A stretch of 48,728 nucleotides of DNA from Tubiluchus corallicola (lineage: Eukaryota; Animalia; Priapulida). The translations under genes were made by a program, and so were the position numbers. How positions within the stretch are numbered: position 1 is the first letter of the stretch; the number at the start of each line of letters is the position of its first letter. The stretch covers positions 1 through 48,728 of the forward strand of contig JAQGDQ010001300.1 of NCBI GenBank assembly GCA_030141605.1, in the 5' to 3' direction. Of this stretch, positions 24,786 to 38,812 are shown one piece after another. The notes under the pieces are model-generated. The model worked only from the letters and a program-made list of their open reading frames with translations. It ran no database searches and had not been told where the DNA came from.

Positions 24786-25469
24786 CTTTGTCCAGTAGCT
24801 CTGGACAAAGCAGATCTGATATGCCCATATATATTATTATTATCTAGGATATATTCAGATTAAAATTTCAACGCAACGTATACAAAATTCCTACTCACTA
24901 AGAAATTATAAATGCTTTTATCCATTTTACAAACGTTTTATTACCCGAATTATTACTACAAAAAGGTTTCCGCTATTATTTTCCGTCAAAGCATCTAGAG
25001 CCTAGCCTGTCCAAAGTAAAGATCACAATTTTCCCTAGGAGACAGGGTGTAATAATTTACCTGTCCTGTGCGATATGGTATTTCCTGGGGTCGTGATGAC
25101 ATTAACTATCTCTCTTTGTCCCCCCACCTGTGTGAGCAGGTAAGATTCATTACAACCTGGTAAGGGAACACGCGTCCCGACTTGTCCTTGCCCACCCGTA
25201 AAGCAATTCCCGTAAATCAAACCCAAAATTTACCATTTTGCGTCACGTGAAGTCAAAATGGCAACGGCTTAAATTTACCGATAATGCCTACCGTTGCAAT
25301 TTGATAGGTGAGGCGGCTTTGTGCGTCAAACTCTGCAATAATTGGCTGCCGCGCTTCTGGCGTGGCATAAATTTACGTGCAAATTAACACGTGGCGTTTA
25401 CCTATTGACTATTTCAGTGAGAGTGGAAGCCGACTGTATTATGGCGGATCCAAAATTAATGATATATAC

Positions 25470-26278
25470 CATCTTTCTTTTAGTATGAGATATGTACATT
25501 GTGTAGCCTGTCTTTTGCTATGAGATATGTACGTTGTGTAGCTTATCTTTTAGCAAGGGGTATGTACGTTTTGTGTCCCATCTTTTATTATGAGATGTGT
25601 ACGTTGTGTAGCCTATTTTTTGGTATGAGATATGTACGTTGTGTAGCCTAACTTTTGGTATGAGATGTGTACGTTGTATAGCCTATCTTTTGTATGAGAT
25701 GTGTACATTGTGTAGCCTGTCTTTTGCTATGAGATATGTACGTTGTGTAGCTTATCTTTTAGCAAGGGGTATGTACGTTTTGTGTCCCATCTTTTATTAT
25801 GAGATGTGTACGTTGTATAGCTTATCTTTTGTATGAGATATGTACGTTGTGTAGCCTAACTTTTGGTATGAGATGTGTACGTTGTATAGCCTATCTTTTG
25901 TATGAGATGTGTACATTGTGTAGCCTGTCTTTTGCTATGAGATATGTACGTTGTGGCTTATCTTTTAGCAAGAGATATGTACGTTGTCTAGCCTAACTTT
26001 TATTACGAGATGTGTACGTTGTATAGCCTATTTTTTGGTATGAGATGTGTACGTTGTATAGCCTATCTTTTGGTATGAGATGTGTACGTTGTATAGCCTA
26101 TCTTTTGTATGAGATGTGTACGTTGTGTAGCCTATCTTTTGGTATGAGATGTGTACGTTGTATAGCCTATCTTTTGGTATAAGATGTGTACGTTGTATAG
26201 CCTATCTTTTGGTAAGAGATATGTACGTTGAACAGCCTATCTTTTGGTAAGAGATATGTTCTTTGTGTAGACTATCTT
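25470..26278. repeat. 35-bp minisatellite, about 23 copies (tatgagatgtgtacgttgtatagcctatcttttgg), with ~209-bp higher-order period
   Basis: Period 35 (26041 to 26076). The variant acattgtgtagcctgtc recurs at about 25496, 25705 and 25913. Confidence 0.95.
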
Positions 26279-26355
26279 ATAATTATCATTTTTGGCATCA
26301 CTGTTTCGACTTTCTTGTTTTACATGGAAATTTACATTTAATGCAACCCCTTAAT

Positions 26356-26761
26356 CAGGGCTGGATTACCCTATAGGCTAGTATGGGCTGCAGCCTAGGG
26401 CCCTTCAAACTTGGGGGGAGGGCATGCTTGCATTGGTGAAAAATTCATATAAGTTAAAATAAAATTCAAATTTTAAAAAGGAAACCAGGAATTCTGAAAA
26501 TCCAAATTTCAATGTGGCTCCTCATTTGAGATAAAGGATCCCTGTTTGAGACAAACCAACCTTTGTTTGATGCCCTTTGTCTGAGATAAGGGCCCCTCTT
26601 TGAAGGCCTTTATTTGAAATATGATTCCCCTAGCTATGCAAATGTTGCTGAAATATATCATAAGTAAAAAATGTTCGAGACTAATAAACTAGCAGATCGC
26701 TCCGTCTGAGGGGCCCCATAATTTCATTGGCTTAGTGGGCCCCAAAGGTCTTCCGGCCCTG
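26356..26761. mobile_element. hAT-type MITE (406 bp)
   Basis: TIRs CAGGGCTGGA / TCCGGCCCTG. The 8-bp flanks cccttaat / cacttaat (7 of 8 match) fit the hAT 8-bp TSD. Confidence 0.8.
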
Positions 26762-27194
26762 CACTTAATATAGTTAAGGCTATAGGGGGCACATACTTAG
26801 ACGGTTGTAGTATTTTTGGATCCGCCCCGTGTTTTTTTAGAGTATAGTTTTCTTCATAAGCTGTTGACAGATTGTTGTGAAAGTTTCACCATCTTGTTAA
26901 ACATTTAATCGCTCGATTCTCGACGTCAATAAAACGCTAAAAGCTTTAGAAAACTAATAATTAGGTAAACTTGTTGAAGCACAACGACAAATTTGTGCAC
27001 CTGGTAATTAAAATTTTACATGAACTTACTTCCCGCTAGGGTTATAGTTAGAACTAGCTGACTTCATTTATTTGTCTATTTATTTTATCCACACCCAATA
27101 ATGAAATACAGTCTATAATAAAAACTATATAATATAAACACGTTGGCAAAAAACATACAAATAAAATATTTACAAGAGTGTGGTAAAGGCGTAA

Positions 27195-27284
<90 letters not shown>

Positions 27285-27930
27285 AAGACACAAAGAATGC
27301 TTACATGTGTCTATTGTGTACAAGGAATTTATGCAAGTTAACTTTATATAGGCGGCTTTTAAATAACTTAATATTTTGTGCAGTTACCAGGGGTGCACCA
27401 TCAACACATGCAGGCAATCAATTCCAAATCTGTACAACTTGATTTGAGAAAAATTGACCAAATGATACTTTAGCTGTTCGACACACGAAAAACTTCAGAG
27501 AATGATTTTGTCTTGTTCTATTGCAAGATACACGGGTAAAAAATTTGTCAAAATCACATCAACTTTTCTATGAATAATTTTGTAGCATAAAGCTAAATCT
27601 TTTTGAGGGCGTATCTCTTCTAAAGAATTTAGATTTAGAATCTCCAGACGCTTATGATATGGCATATACATTAAATTACATCAATAAAACAGGCGCGTCG
27701 AATAAAGTATCGCTGTACACTTTCTGTACGAGTAACATCACCCAATAAAGCTGGATTCCAGACTGGCGAGCAATACTCTACAATAGGTCTTATATAAACT
27801 ATGAAAGATCTTAACAACATGTCTTTATCATCAGTAGAAAACATTTTAAACAACATATTTGTAATTCCATTGGCTTTAGTAGCCACCAATGCATTGGCTT
27901 GTCCAATTTCACATATGTATGTAATATGTT
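27285..27930 (-). mobile_element. CR1-like LINE remnant, ORF2 C-terminal region
   Basis: KANGITNMLFKMF..MLLRSFIVYIRPIVEYCSPVWNP..ESVQRYF../YHKRLEILNLNSLEE..DLALCYKIIH../FFSNQVVQIWN*LP..KLFKSRL: classic CR1-group motifs with frameshifts and stops. Confidence 0.88.
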
Positions 27931-28000
27931 TATTTCTGGAGGAAAAAATTGGTATAATTAAACAGCGTGACTCTGGAAAACGGAAAAAAGTGACGCAAGA

Positions 28001-28051
<51 letters not shown>

Positions 28052-28099
28052 TGAATTATCAATTGTGAATTTATTCCACAGTAACACAAGCATACACAC

Positions 28100-28716
28100 A
28101 AATTGTTATTACATTGAAAGAAAAAATTATAAACTAAATATTTATATCAGAGTTACTGTGAGGAAGAGGAAGGAGCATTGAGCTTTCGAGTCCTCTTCCA
28201 GATAAGTGGAACAATTCACAATTAACATTATATAGTATATTTATCAATTATAACGTACATTAGAACAAAATAAGTTTTGTTAGTAACTTAAGATCAGGAT
28301 GAGTAAAATTGTGAGTTAATTATACCGTTGTAGTAGGTAATTCTTTGATGCTTTTTTAAATTGATAAAGATTAAGAGTTTTCATTTCACGCGGAATTGAT
28401 GACCATATTTTAATAGCATTATATTTTGATGACTGTTTCATTATATTTGTTTTTGGAAGAGGGAGTACATAGTTTCCGACTGAATATCTTGTGTAATGAT
28501 CATGTTGATTTGAAACTGGACTAAAGTATGACTGAAAAGCTGGTGGAAGTAGTGAATTATGATACTGATACATGAAATGAAGACAATACATGCCATATAT
28601 TTCTTTCACTTTAACAGTTTTAACAGACAAGTAAATTATATTTGTGGGATGGTCATACCTTGCATGATATATTAGTTTGAGAATTTTGTTCTGGGTAATT
28701 TGTAATGCTTCCAGAT
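28100..28716 (-). mobile_element. L2/Crack-like LINE 3' fragment (ORF2 C-terminus and 3' UTR hairpin)
   Basis: LQITQNKILKLI..FMYQYHNSLLPPAFQSYF..HDHYTR..LPLPKTN..KYNAIKIWSSIP..FKK..KNYLL* (stop at 28316). Stem-loop ggaagagga..tcctcttcc at about 28162-28199. Confidence 0.8.
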
Positions 28717-28750
28717 TTTATATATATATATCACGTCTGCTTTGACCAGC

Positions 28751-28782
<32 letters not shown>

Positions 28783-28874
28783 TAAGAATTTAATAAATTG
28801 TTATTAATATTTTTAACGAATAATATTTGTTTATATTCATTTCTATTTTTATATTTTTATTATGAAGAATTTAA

Positions 28875-28993
<119 letters not shown>

Positions 28994-29638
28994 TTCTGTT
29001 TATTTATTTAAAAAGAGATTATATTGATTATAATATGTATGTGTTTTAGATAATAAAACAACAGGAATTAATAATGTTTTTTGTAGAAAATTAAACAGAA
29101 ATATATAATAATAATTTTAATTATAAATTGTTTAACCCCTATTTCGATGACCATACTAGAACAGGTACCTCATTTTATGCACACAAAACGCCGGAAATTC
29201 CGCAAAATCATGCCAATTCAGCTGTAACTCCTCCGTACATCCGCCCACATTTCCGGTGAACTTGGACGTGGCTTCATTGCTGTATCTGCAGTTATTTCAT
29301 CATTGCCTGGGGCGCATGGCTTCCCAGATGAACGTGCAATAATGATGAGGCAATCATAACAGAGATATCTGCCCATCAGTTTTCATCTGGGAACCGGGAA
29401 GCAGTAACACCTTCAGGGCGTCATTCGCTACTCATCCGCTCACTTACGTCATAAACTGCAGAAGCCGCGCGACGTGGCTTCAGATTGGCATCGCTGGTCA
29501 CGTGACATCAGAGAAATGAAGGAGTTGAAAAAGGAATAAATTTGGATACGCAGCTTTGCAGTAAAACTGAGGTTTTAAATGTAAGCTGGTCTAATTCATG
29601 TGGTAATGCTAAAAAGATGTAATAATTAAAATATGCGG

Positions 29639-29640
29639 AA

Positions 29641-29679
<39 letters not shown>

Positions 29680-29915
29680 ATGAATGAATGAATAAATGAA
29701 TAAATGAATAATTGAATAAATGAATGAATGAATGAATTAATGAATAAATAAATAATTAAACAAATAAATAAAGGAATAACTGACTGACTGACTGACTGAC
29801 TGACTGACTGACTGACTGACTGACTGACTGACTGACTGACTGACTGACTGACTGACTGAATGAATGATTGAATAAATAAACAAGTGAATAAATTAATAAA
29901 TAAATACAAATAAAT
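29639..29915. repeat. (TAAA)n/(TGAA)n/(TGAC)n compound microsatellite
   Basis: Direct reading. Confidence 0.94.
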
Positions 29916-30191
29916 AGGTAACTCAGCGAGTAAAAAAGTTGAAAAACAATCAAGCAAACAAAATAAGCAAACATTTAAGCAATTAAACAGGTAAATAGGC
30001 ATGCAAGTAAATAGTTATGCAACTAAACAACTGGTAAATAATACAAAAATAGATAATTCTACAAATAGTTATAAGACTAATCATGAAAATATATTCATGT
30101 TTTGTCATAAACCCCAAGCCTCCTAGATGTGCAACTTCTAAGTTGGTACACCTATAGACGTTTCTCTTCTAAATTTATTTCTTTATTTCAG

Positions 30192-30779
30192 GTTTGGTTT
30201 CAAAACAGGAGAATGAAGGACAAGCGACAAAGGATGGCACTGGCTTGGCCCTACGCGGATCCTCAGATTGCAGCGTACATGTTGAATGCGGCAGCAGCAG
30301 CAGGGACCTATCCTTACCCTGCAGCCCTGGCAGGAGCCATACCTGGACTCAGCTATTATTCACATCTAGCAAACCTACAGATGTCGCCATTTCCACCGTA
30401 CGCTAGCACTGGTCTCTCTGGCACGCTGCCATCGCGAAGCGATCTCGTCTCCAACATGGCTAGATCACCGCTTGCTCTCCGACCTGAAGTGACGCCATCA
30501 ACGCCCGCGGCGCACATACCAGCATCATCGCAGTGCACGTTGCACGCCGCTCCGGTAAACAGTCACATTTCCGTCGCCTCTTCCGACCTGTGCGGTTGTC
30601 ATCTCTATCCCGGGTTTCCTCGATTGCCACCTCCGATTACCACCGTCAGCAGTTCGTCGCTGTCGCTGCCGCGTCCCGTTACTCTTCCGGCAACGACGCG
30701 CGAACCTGGATCGTTGTTTCAGCCGTACGCGTCGAGTCCGACGCCGCGTGCGAAGCCGGAGCTACCCGAGCGATCGTAG
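30192..30779 (+). CDS. evx: Even-skipped homeobox protein, terminal coding exon (helix 3 and Ala/Pro/Ser-rich C-terminus with LFQPY)
   Basis: VWFQNRRMKDKRQR followed by the Evx-typical MALAWPYADP..YM..AAAAA..YPY segment. LFQPY at 30714-30728; TAG at 30777-30779. Confidence 0.97.
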   Translation, partial: VWFQNRRMKDKRQRMALAWPYADPQIAAYMLNAAAAAGTYPYPAALAGAIPGLSYYSHLANLQMSPFPPYASTGLSGTLPSRSDLVSNMARSPLALRPEVTPSTPAAHIPASSQCTLHAAPVNSHISVASSDLCGCHLYPGFPRLPPPITTVSSSSLSLPRPVTLPATTREPGSLFQPYASSPTPRAKPELPERS

Positions 30780-31068
30780 CTAAACCTCCAGTGAGACAGA
30801 ACACAATAAAGACATTCGTTTTTAGACTGACTTTAGCGGAAATCAAATGTATAAAAATCAAAATAAAAAAACTTTTTTGTGCTTTTGGAATGCAGAAAAT
30901 TCCACTGTCAAGCTGTGAAAGTAAGATCCATGCAGACACTTGCACACTTGTTATCGATTAATTAGAAAATATTGTTGTTGTTTTTGTCATTGTTTCTTGT
31001 TGTAAATATTGTAATTATTAATTATAAAATGACAAAACCAATTATAGTGAATACATCACGTGACTTTT

Positions 31069-31111
<43 letters not shown>

Positions 31112-32820
31112 TAGCGTAGGCATTGTTCCAGGCGAGGGTTCGAATCCCACTTCTGACACCATTGTTACATCGTGACACTGTCTCTAATACTTCCACATAA
31201 CAGGCTGATGTACAGGACACAACGAACTCCGTCTTTCTATTTATTAGCAAGCACAGAAATCTTCTTTTCATTTACAAAAGCAAATCTGTGGACAATGCCC
31301 ACGCTATATATATACGTATATATGTAAGTTAGTATATTCCAAACTGTAGTGCATCCTTTTGAAATTTGAATAATTTTTGAGAAATCTGACGGAAAATTAG
31401 GCATGATTTTTTTGCTATAAAGTTTAAAAAGTTTCAAACTTCTTTGCTTACATGTTTCTTTACGGTTTATTGTTACATAATGCTTGTTTTGCAATTATTC
31501 AAAGGGTAAGTAAGAAGAATTTTAAAATACACCACAAGGAATTTTTTATAGAAAGTTATATCACGCTGTATCTAACTTTATGCTTGCCTATTTGAAAGAA
31601 TCATGTAATTGGAAAAGAAAAGTAATTTAAAACGTTCGCACCCTCTTGGAAAATGGCGCTGCATTGCCATCCCAATGTATGCACCACTGACCTTTCCAGT
31701 GTACAGCACTGGCTCACAAAACGCATTATTTTTCTTGTTGACAATATTTTGCGATTCATATTTTTGCTTTGTTAACAATAAGGGCGAGCTACGAATACTC
31801 TGATTATTTTTTCGATATTCACCCAATGTTTTACCTAAACTTGTTTAAAACGACTTACTGCCAGAGTTTAAATTTACAAGTTTTAAACAGCGTTACTGCT
31901 ACTGCAAACCTGTGCGCAATAAGACAGCATGTAAGTAATACAAAATTTCAAGATGAATTTCTGAAACTTTGTTTATTGAGAGCGTTTCCTTATACGTTGT
32001 AACGTTATTCTTATTAAGTATTGGTTGTGCTGTACCATGACTCCTCAAAACAGTGCATTTTATTTGTGTACATAGTATATTGCTGACACAGTAACATGTT
32101 TTACTGTAGCCTGGCCTAAAACAATTTTTTAAATTTCGTAATAGTTTGAGTCGCCAAAAATTTCTTTTCCATTGGAACAAAATCAGTTTGTAGTTGTATG
32201 TACAGCTTTTAATGATGAATTTAGTCTATGAAGTTTCATTACTATGCAAATAAGTAAGTTTGATCTGTGTCACGTTTCTATGTATAGTTTCATGCTATAA
32301 ACTACAAAAGTTTATATGTATTAATGTGTATTATACAGTATTTAAATGTATCTCTGGCGTCATGAAACGAAAAGACTTTGTTTTAACTTTGAATGCAAAT
32401 TCATCAAAGCGTTTTAGTTTTTGCCTGTGGATTTGTTTTGTGAGACGCTTAGTTAATTTTGAGTGTTTGCTAAACTGGAAAACTTTTGTAGCTTTTTGAA
32501 ATTTTACGCCATTAAAATTTTACAAATCAAAGTTCCGTTTGAAACACATCTCTTCTGGTGATGCCAGCCTATGCTGAGTTTAGTCTGTATTTTCAGTGAA
32601 ACTCTTACGTTATATTCGTAGAACACCATTCAGTATAAACGTAAATGCTATTCGCGTATAAAGTGAACATGACTACCTTAGAATATTAATGAATTTTGAC
32701 TTTTCTTTAGACATATTTAAAGCAACGTACCGTTTGTTGTTAGCAAATATTGTACATAGAAAATTTGTTTGAATAAATCTCTTCAGACATTCTATTAAAT
32801 AAAATTCTTTATTAATTCAT
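30780..32820 (+). other. evx: Putative Evx 3' UTR (up to about 2 kb)
   Basis: AATAAA at 30805, 30862, 32772 and 32798, with a T/GT-rich tract after the distal pair. TGTANATA motifs at 31001, 32067 and 32751. The true 3' end is unknown. Confidence 0.45.
31760..31965 (-). mobile_element. Interspersed repeat family B, partial copy
   Basis: ctctgattattttttc, aaacgacttac, gagtttaaatttacaa and acagcgttactgc are shared with 38560-38750. Confidence 0.72.
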
Positions 32821-33104
32821 ACAATGTTTAGCATTTTGTATTTATTCACTGCAAGGGATATGATGCTAGTTTTGCCTGAAGTCGCTAATTGGAAGAACTT
32901 GTCGTTAAAGCAACGCTAATTGCAATTTATTAATGACTGGAAATGCTAATTACTAATTGTTTCGATCATGCAGTAATTAATTAACACACTACGCGACGTT
33001 TCTACGGAATTTATGAGAACGTAAATTCTTTGCTAGATGATCAGATGATGGTGAAAATTTGAGCCTGAATAAGTGTATGATTACCAGTGTGACGTAAGTT
33101 CACG

Positions 33105-33375
33105 TGACTGACTTACTGACTGACTGACTAACTAACTAACTAACTGAATGAATGAATGAATAAATGAATGACTGCATAAAAGAATGAATGAATGAATGAA
33201 TGAATGAAAGAAAGAAAGGAAGAAAGAAAGAATGAATGAATGAACAGATGAATGAATGAATGTATGAGTCAATGAATGAATGAATGAATGAATGAACGAT
33301 TGATTGAATGAATGAATGAACGAACGAATGAACGAGTTAATAAATGAATGTTTGAGTGAATGAGTGTATGAATAG
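33105..33375. repeat. (TGAC)/(TAAC)/(TGAA)/(GAAA) compound microsatellite
   Basis: Direct reading. Confidence 0.92.
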
Positions 33376-33623
33376 ACAAACTGAAGAAAGAAAAACGAAA
33401 GCGTGCTTGTTACATTTTACTCAAAATAAGAGATCGATTGCAGATCGTGTCTTCAGAAGGATGAGTCTTGATTGCATTTTAATTCAATTTTGTTTTTTAT
33501 TTAATTGTTAAATTTATTTACATGTATCTTTATTTCAGTAAAAAAATGTACAATTTAAAAGAATATACATCACAAGATAAAATACATATTTACAATTATA
33601 AGTGGTGGTAAAGTATACATATA

Positions 33624-34121
33624 CAGGGTGTCTCAAAAGTCACTATACACTTTCAATTCTAGTTTTCTTTTCAAATTTTCCTTTAGCTTCGTCAAGCTCT
33701 TACACGAATCAAACGGGGCCTTGACAACGCTTTTCATTTATTTTTTGACTGAAACTCGGTTGCTATGGTGACGACAGTAATATCATAAATAAGGTTCAAT
33801 ATCAGCTTGGCATCAGGACCTTCAATTACCAACTGAAGTCCCCCAGAACTTCATATGAACCACATTATTCTCTCACTATTAACAATGTAAGTTTTCAACA
33901 AGGTTCAGCCCTTCCTCGCCATTCATAAGTTGTGAGAGACTTTTTCAAAGCAAGATGTCTGACTTCCTACTGGATTGGTTTCTGATGCGTTCGAGGTCCC
34001 CGAAGAAGCTAGCGAAAATAGCAATGCTTACTTGTACAGTGGCTTCTTTTTTACAATCTTCAAACATCTTTCTTTGTTTGCTAGAAAACGTAAAGTATAT
34101 AGATATTTATGAGACACCCTG
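33624..34121. mobile_element. Tc1/mariner-type MITE (498 bp)
   Basis: TA|CAGGGTGTCTCA ... TGAGACACCCTG|TA: perfect 12-bp terminal inverted repeat that extends imperfectly, with a TA target duplication. Confidence 0.88.
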
Positions 34122-34468
34122 TATGGTAACACACAAACACACACACACACACACGCACGCACGCATGCACACAAACACAAAAACGTTTGAAAGAAAGAGA
34201 AGATTGTACTGTTCGAATTGTGCCGTGAGATGGTTTTATATGTCAAGATGCTTATGTCATTATATGAAATTGTATTTATAAAACTGTTGATAGGAGGTTT
34301 TTGCAGTAGCTTATATCATTTTTTTTCTTACTTTATTACTTGTGTTTTTTTAAAAATGTTACAAACCCTACTGCACTCGTAGTTTTAATTTTTTGTACCA
34401 GACGTGCCTAGTGTAGGCAATAACTGAATGATATTTCACATTGTATAATGTATGCTGTCAATGATCTA

Positions 34469-34596
34469 TGTGTGTGTGTGTGTGTGTGTGTGCGTGCGTG
34501 CACGCGTGTGTGTCTGTATGTGTGTGTGTGTGTGTGTGTGTCTGTGTGCGCGTGTGTGTGCGCGCGCGCATGTGTGTGTGTGTGTGTGTGTGTGTG
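34469..34596. repeat. (TG)n/(CG)n microsatellite
   Basis: Direct reading. Confidence 0.96.
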
Positions 34597-34800
34597 TAAC
34601 AGAACCTCTGAGATCCAATAAGAGGCTCTTTCTTACCCACTACTGTCGGCTGATGCGTTCAATGAAGCGGAAAATTGCTCGACCATAAGTCATGGCGGAA
34701 TTTTCCATAAACTAGATCTGATCTGTGATAATTTGTCATGTCTGTTCCGGCCTAGCTGCTTTAAAAACGCTATTACCCAACAAAAGGAATTATCGCCCCG

Positions 34801-37214
<2,414 letters not shown>

Positions 37215-37577
37215 GATGTTAATGATACTCCCCCTCACTTCATCGTTTTTTATCTTGTCATAACGTGACCACGTGTCTACAAGCATCACCTACCCGTTTC
37301 CTTTGAATCTTGAAGGCTACTGTCACCCATTTTCTTGTGCACTTTACTCGGATGTTAATGATACTCCCCCTCACTTCATCGTTTTTTATCTTACCATGAT
37401 GTGACCACGTGTCTACAAGCACCCCTCCGTTTCCTCTGAATCTTGAAGGCTACTGTCACCCATTTTCTAGTGCACTTTACTCGAATGTTAATGATACTCC
37501 CCCTCACTTCATCGTTTTTTATCTTACCATGATGTGACCACGTGTCTACAAGCACCCTCTCCGTTTCCTCTGAATCT
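37215..37577. repeat. ~135-bp tandem repeat, 2.7 copies
   Basis: atgttaatgatactccccctcacttcatcgttttttatctt starts at about 37216, 37352 and 37486. Confidence 0.93.
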
Positions 37578-38384
37578 CGCGCTTGACATTACGAAGATGG
37601 AAATTCGATTCAATTCAATCACTATATCTCAAGAATGCAGTAAAACTCGTCATTTTGTCTATTCGTTTACTGGTCAAACAACTCTCCGAATCGCCTGACA
37701 TGATGGTGCTAATCGTGGAATGGCGTAAAACAGCCAGCAAAGCAACCATTTCTCCGCTGGGAATTAATGGAAATCTACTACTTTTGGCAGTAAAATTAAC
37801 TAAAAAGAGTGATAAACTTTGAAAGCTGCGTGTGAGGTCGTCTCCTCTCTGCGAACGCACTTTTATGCTCATCGCAAAAACGCCAATCTTTAAAATTGAA
37901 AGCCTGATTGAGGCTCTTCATAGAAGCACAGAAGGGACCGGGTTTCATGGTTGTTTTTTCGAAAATGATAAGAATTATCATTTTGCAACTTTTCTGCGCA
38001 TGCGCGTAGATCTGTTTTGATTTTTTGATACTGTATCATTTTGCAACTTTTTTGCGCATGCGCGTTGATCTGTTTTCTGTTCTGCACGCTGATAGCCAGC
38101 ACTCAGTGGCAGACCTTATTTGTTGTGGCAGTACAGGAATCTTTCTCATCATCAAGAATAGGTCCTCACAGATATCAAAGTGAGAGAAATCTTTGCATTC
38201 AGCTGGAGAGCAATATGAAAGTACTCTTCCACATGGTATATACGCTTCTCTTTTGGAGCTTCTCGTCATCGTGCGTTGCGCATGCGCAGGCTCCGCACTG
38301 TTGACACGTTTTCTAATGCACAAATTAAATCTGACAGTAAATCCCAAACAATTCAAAAGTTATAAAGTTATGTTACTTACCATT

Positions 38385-38760
38385 TCACTTACCTGTTTCA
38401 AAGACCAAGTGACTGGAAAAGAAAATTTCTAGTAATTTGAAATGTCACAGCCAAGTGAGATAAAACGTCATTGGCTCACCAAGAATCATATTATTAATTT
38501 TACTGGTAATATAAAGACGTTTGTATTTTTGCTTAGTAAGTTAAGAGCGTGCTTCGAAAGCTCTGATTATTTTTTCAAACTTCATGGGAAATCATTTTAA
38601 TTTATTTTAAACGACTTACCTTTAAAATGGCTGCACCTAACGGTCATCGCGTGCGGGAGTTTAAATTTACAAATTTTATACAGCGTTACTGCCGACGCTG
38701 GCTCTATGTACTGAAAACCAGTAAGTAGCTGATACAAAATTTCAAAACCATTTTTTTAGA
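38385..38760 (-). mobile_element. Interspersed repeat family B copy
   Basis: Reverse complement of 11625-12025 (taaaatggctgc.cctaacggtcatcgcg..gggagtttaaatttaca..ttttatacagcgttactgccga). Confidence 0.8.
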
Positions 38761-38812
38761 TTTTTGTAAGAATTCCATTTTCTTGATTTTGGTGTTTTAA
38801 ACCGATTATCTA

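Larger units (their letters stand above)
25443..26826. mobile_element. Putative TIR element (GGCGGATCCAAAA...TTTTGGATCCGCC) enclosing a minisatellite and a nested MITE
   Basis: Perfect 13-bp inverted repeat at 25443-25455 and 26814-26826. No clear target-site duplication. Confidence 0.5.

Noticed and set aside
25470-26278. CRISPR-like array (also 3696-4168 and 41038-41985)
   Set aside because: Contiguous tandem units with no unique spacers, no cas genes, and a eukaryotic context.
30533-30961. Overlapping alternative-frame ORFs in the last Evx exon (also 30194-30406, 30356-30538, 30679-30945)
   Set aside because: Expected by-products of a GC-rich coding exon; no independent support.
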